Source: Octopus bimaculoides (taxonomy: Eukaryota). From it: a stretch of 64,000 nt of DNA. Shown here piece by piece: positions 63,191-64,000 of the stretch. The translations under genes were made by a program, and so were the position numbers. Where the stretch lies: NCBI RefSeq assembly GCF_001194135.2, contig NC_068981.1, forward strand, positions 156,776,935-156,840,934. The letters run 5' to 3'. Position 1 is the first letter of the stretch. Each line of letters opens with the position of its first letter. Below the pieces are notes generated by a model. It saw nothing but the letters and a program-made list of their open reading frames with translations, was not told where the DNA came from and made no database searches.

Positions 63191-64000
63191 AGTCCTCATC
63201 GAAAGTTGTAGAGGTGCCACTTATTTTCTTTTTCTGTTTTGCTCCTTAAAATAAACTATTTAGGAAACTTAATTTTTGTACGGTGTTCTTTAAACAACAG
63301 TGCCTACATTTACCAAAAATTATTTATGTAGACACTGACTTTAGCAGAAAATTCAATAAAAAGTCATTTTTGACAAGGGGCTGGCCGCCCACACTTTTTT
63401 CTGCAAAATAGGGGTAGTTTACCCTGTTCATGCTATATTATTAGCATTATCCTGCGTTTGAGAATTTAAAATTACTTCTTTAACTTTCTAAGACATCTCA
63501 ACGCTTCTAAAAGCAAACTTCGTTTGTTTGTTTGTTGCCAAGCAAACATACGAACTTACTTCGTCCCGCTTCCTTCCAGTTCGTTGCTTCACAGCGTTCA
63601 ATGTACACATAATTTTTCACGTCTGGCTGTATAGCTTTTTCCGTTTGTTTTCCTGTCTTGTTTTCTGTCCGCCACTACATTCCTCCATGATACAATTTTA
63701 ATTTGTGGGTACAAATTTAATTTGGAGTCCGTGGGAAGAGCCATTTTAACGATGCGTCCTGCCCTAACTCTTCGAAACGCCTGTGTTAGAATGGTGGCAG
63801 CTGATGAAGGAAAATGTTTTCTATGTGGCCTGTGTGTTTTCTGTACTCTGGTTATTATTATTTTTTTGTCTACGTTTTGTTTGCAACGTCCTGTACCCAG
63901 ACATGCACCTATATATACAGGTAGATGTAGGTATGCACATACATGTACGTATATATGCATATACTCATTTATTATTTGTGTTATATATATATATATATAT

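Overview
AT-rich animal genomic scaffold with N gaps and dense (CA/GT), (AT), (TACA) and (AGAT) microsatellites. The repeat content looks like octopus/cephalopod; this is an inference, not something the sequence proves. One intact host gene is supported, on the minus strand: an angiopoietin-related secreted protein. Its exon 48569-47828 encodes a signal peptide, a CSYT motif and a coiled coil. Its exon 5501-4870 encodes a complete fibrinogen C-terminal domain. The two exons join in phase (G|AT = Asp) across a ~42.3 kb GT-AG intron to give a 457-aa protein. The intron and flanks are filled with decayed transposons: mariner and Tc1, hAT, a Helitron helicase, RTE, L1/Tx1-like, R4-like RLE LINEs, Penelope GIY-YIG, and at least five SINE-like families. 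The most unusual signal is a 370-bp element at 22434-22803, bounded by a 12-bp target-site duplication. It joins a tRNA-like Pol III head to a minimal type-I hammerhead-ribozyme fold and carries an inverted partial copy of itself. A second minimal hammerhead fold lies at 15211-15249 and a weaker one at ~890-950. Most long ORFs in the supplied track are artefacts of N runs or microsatellites.
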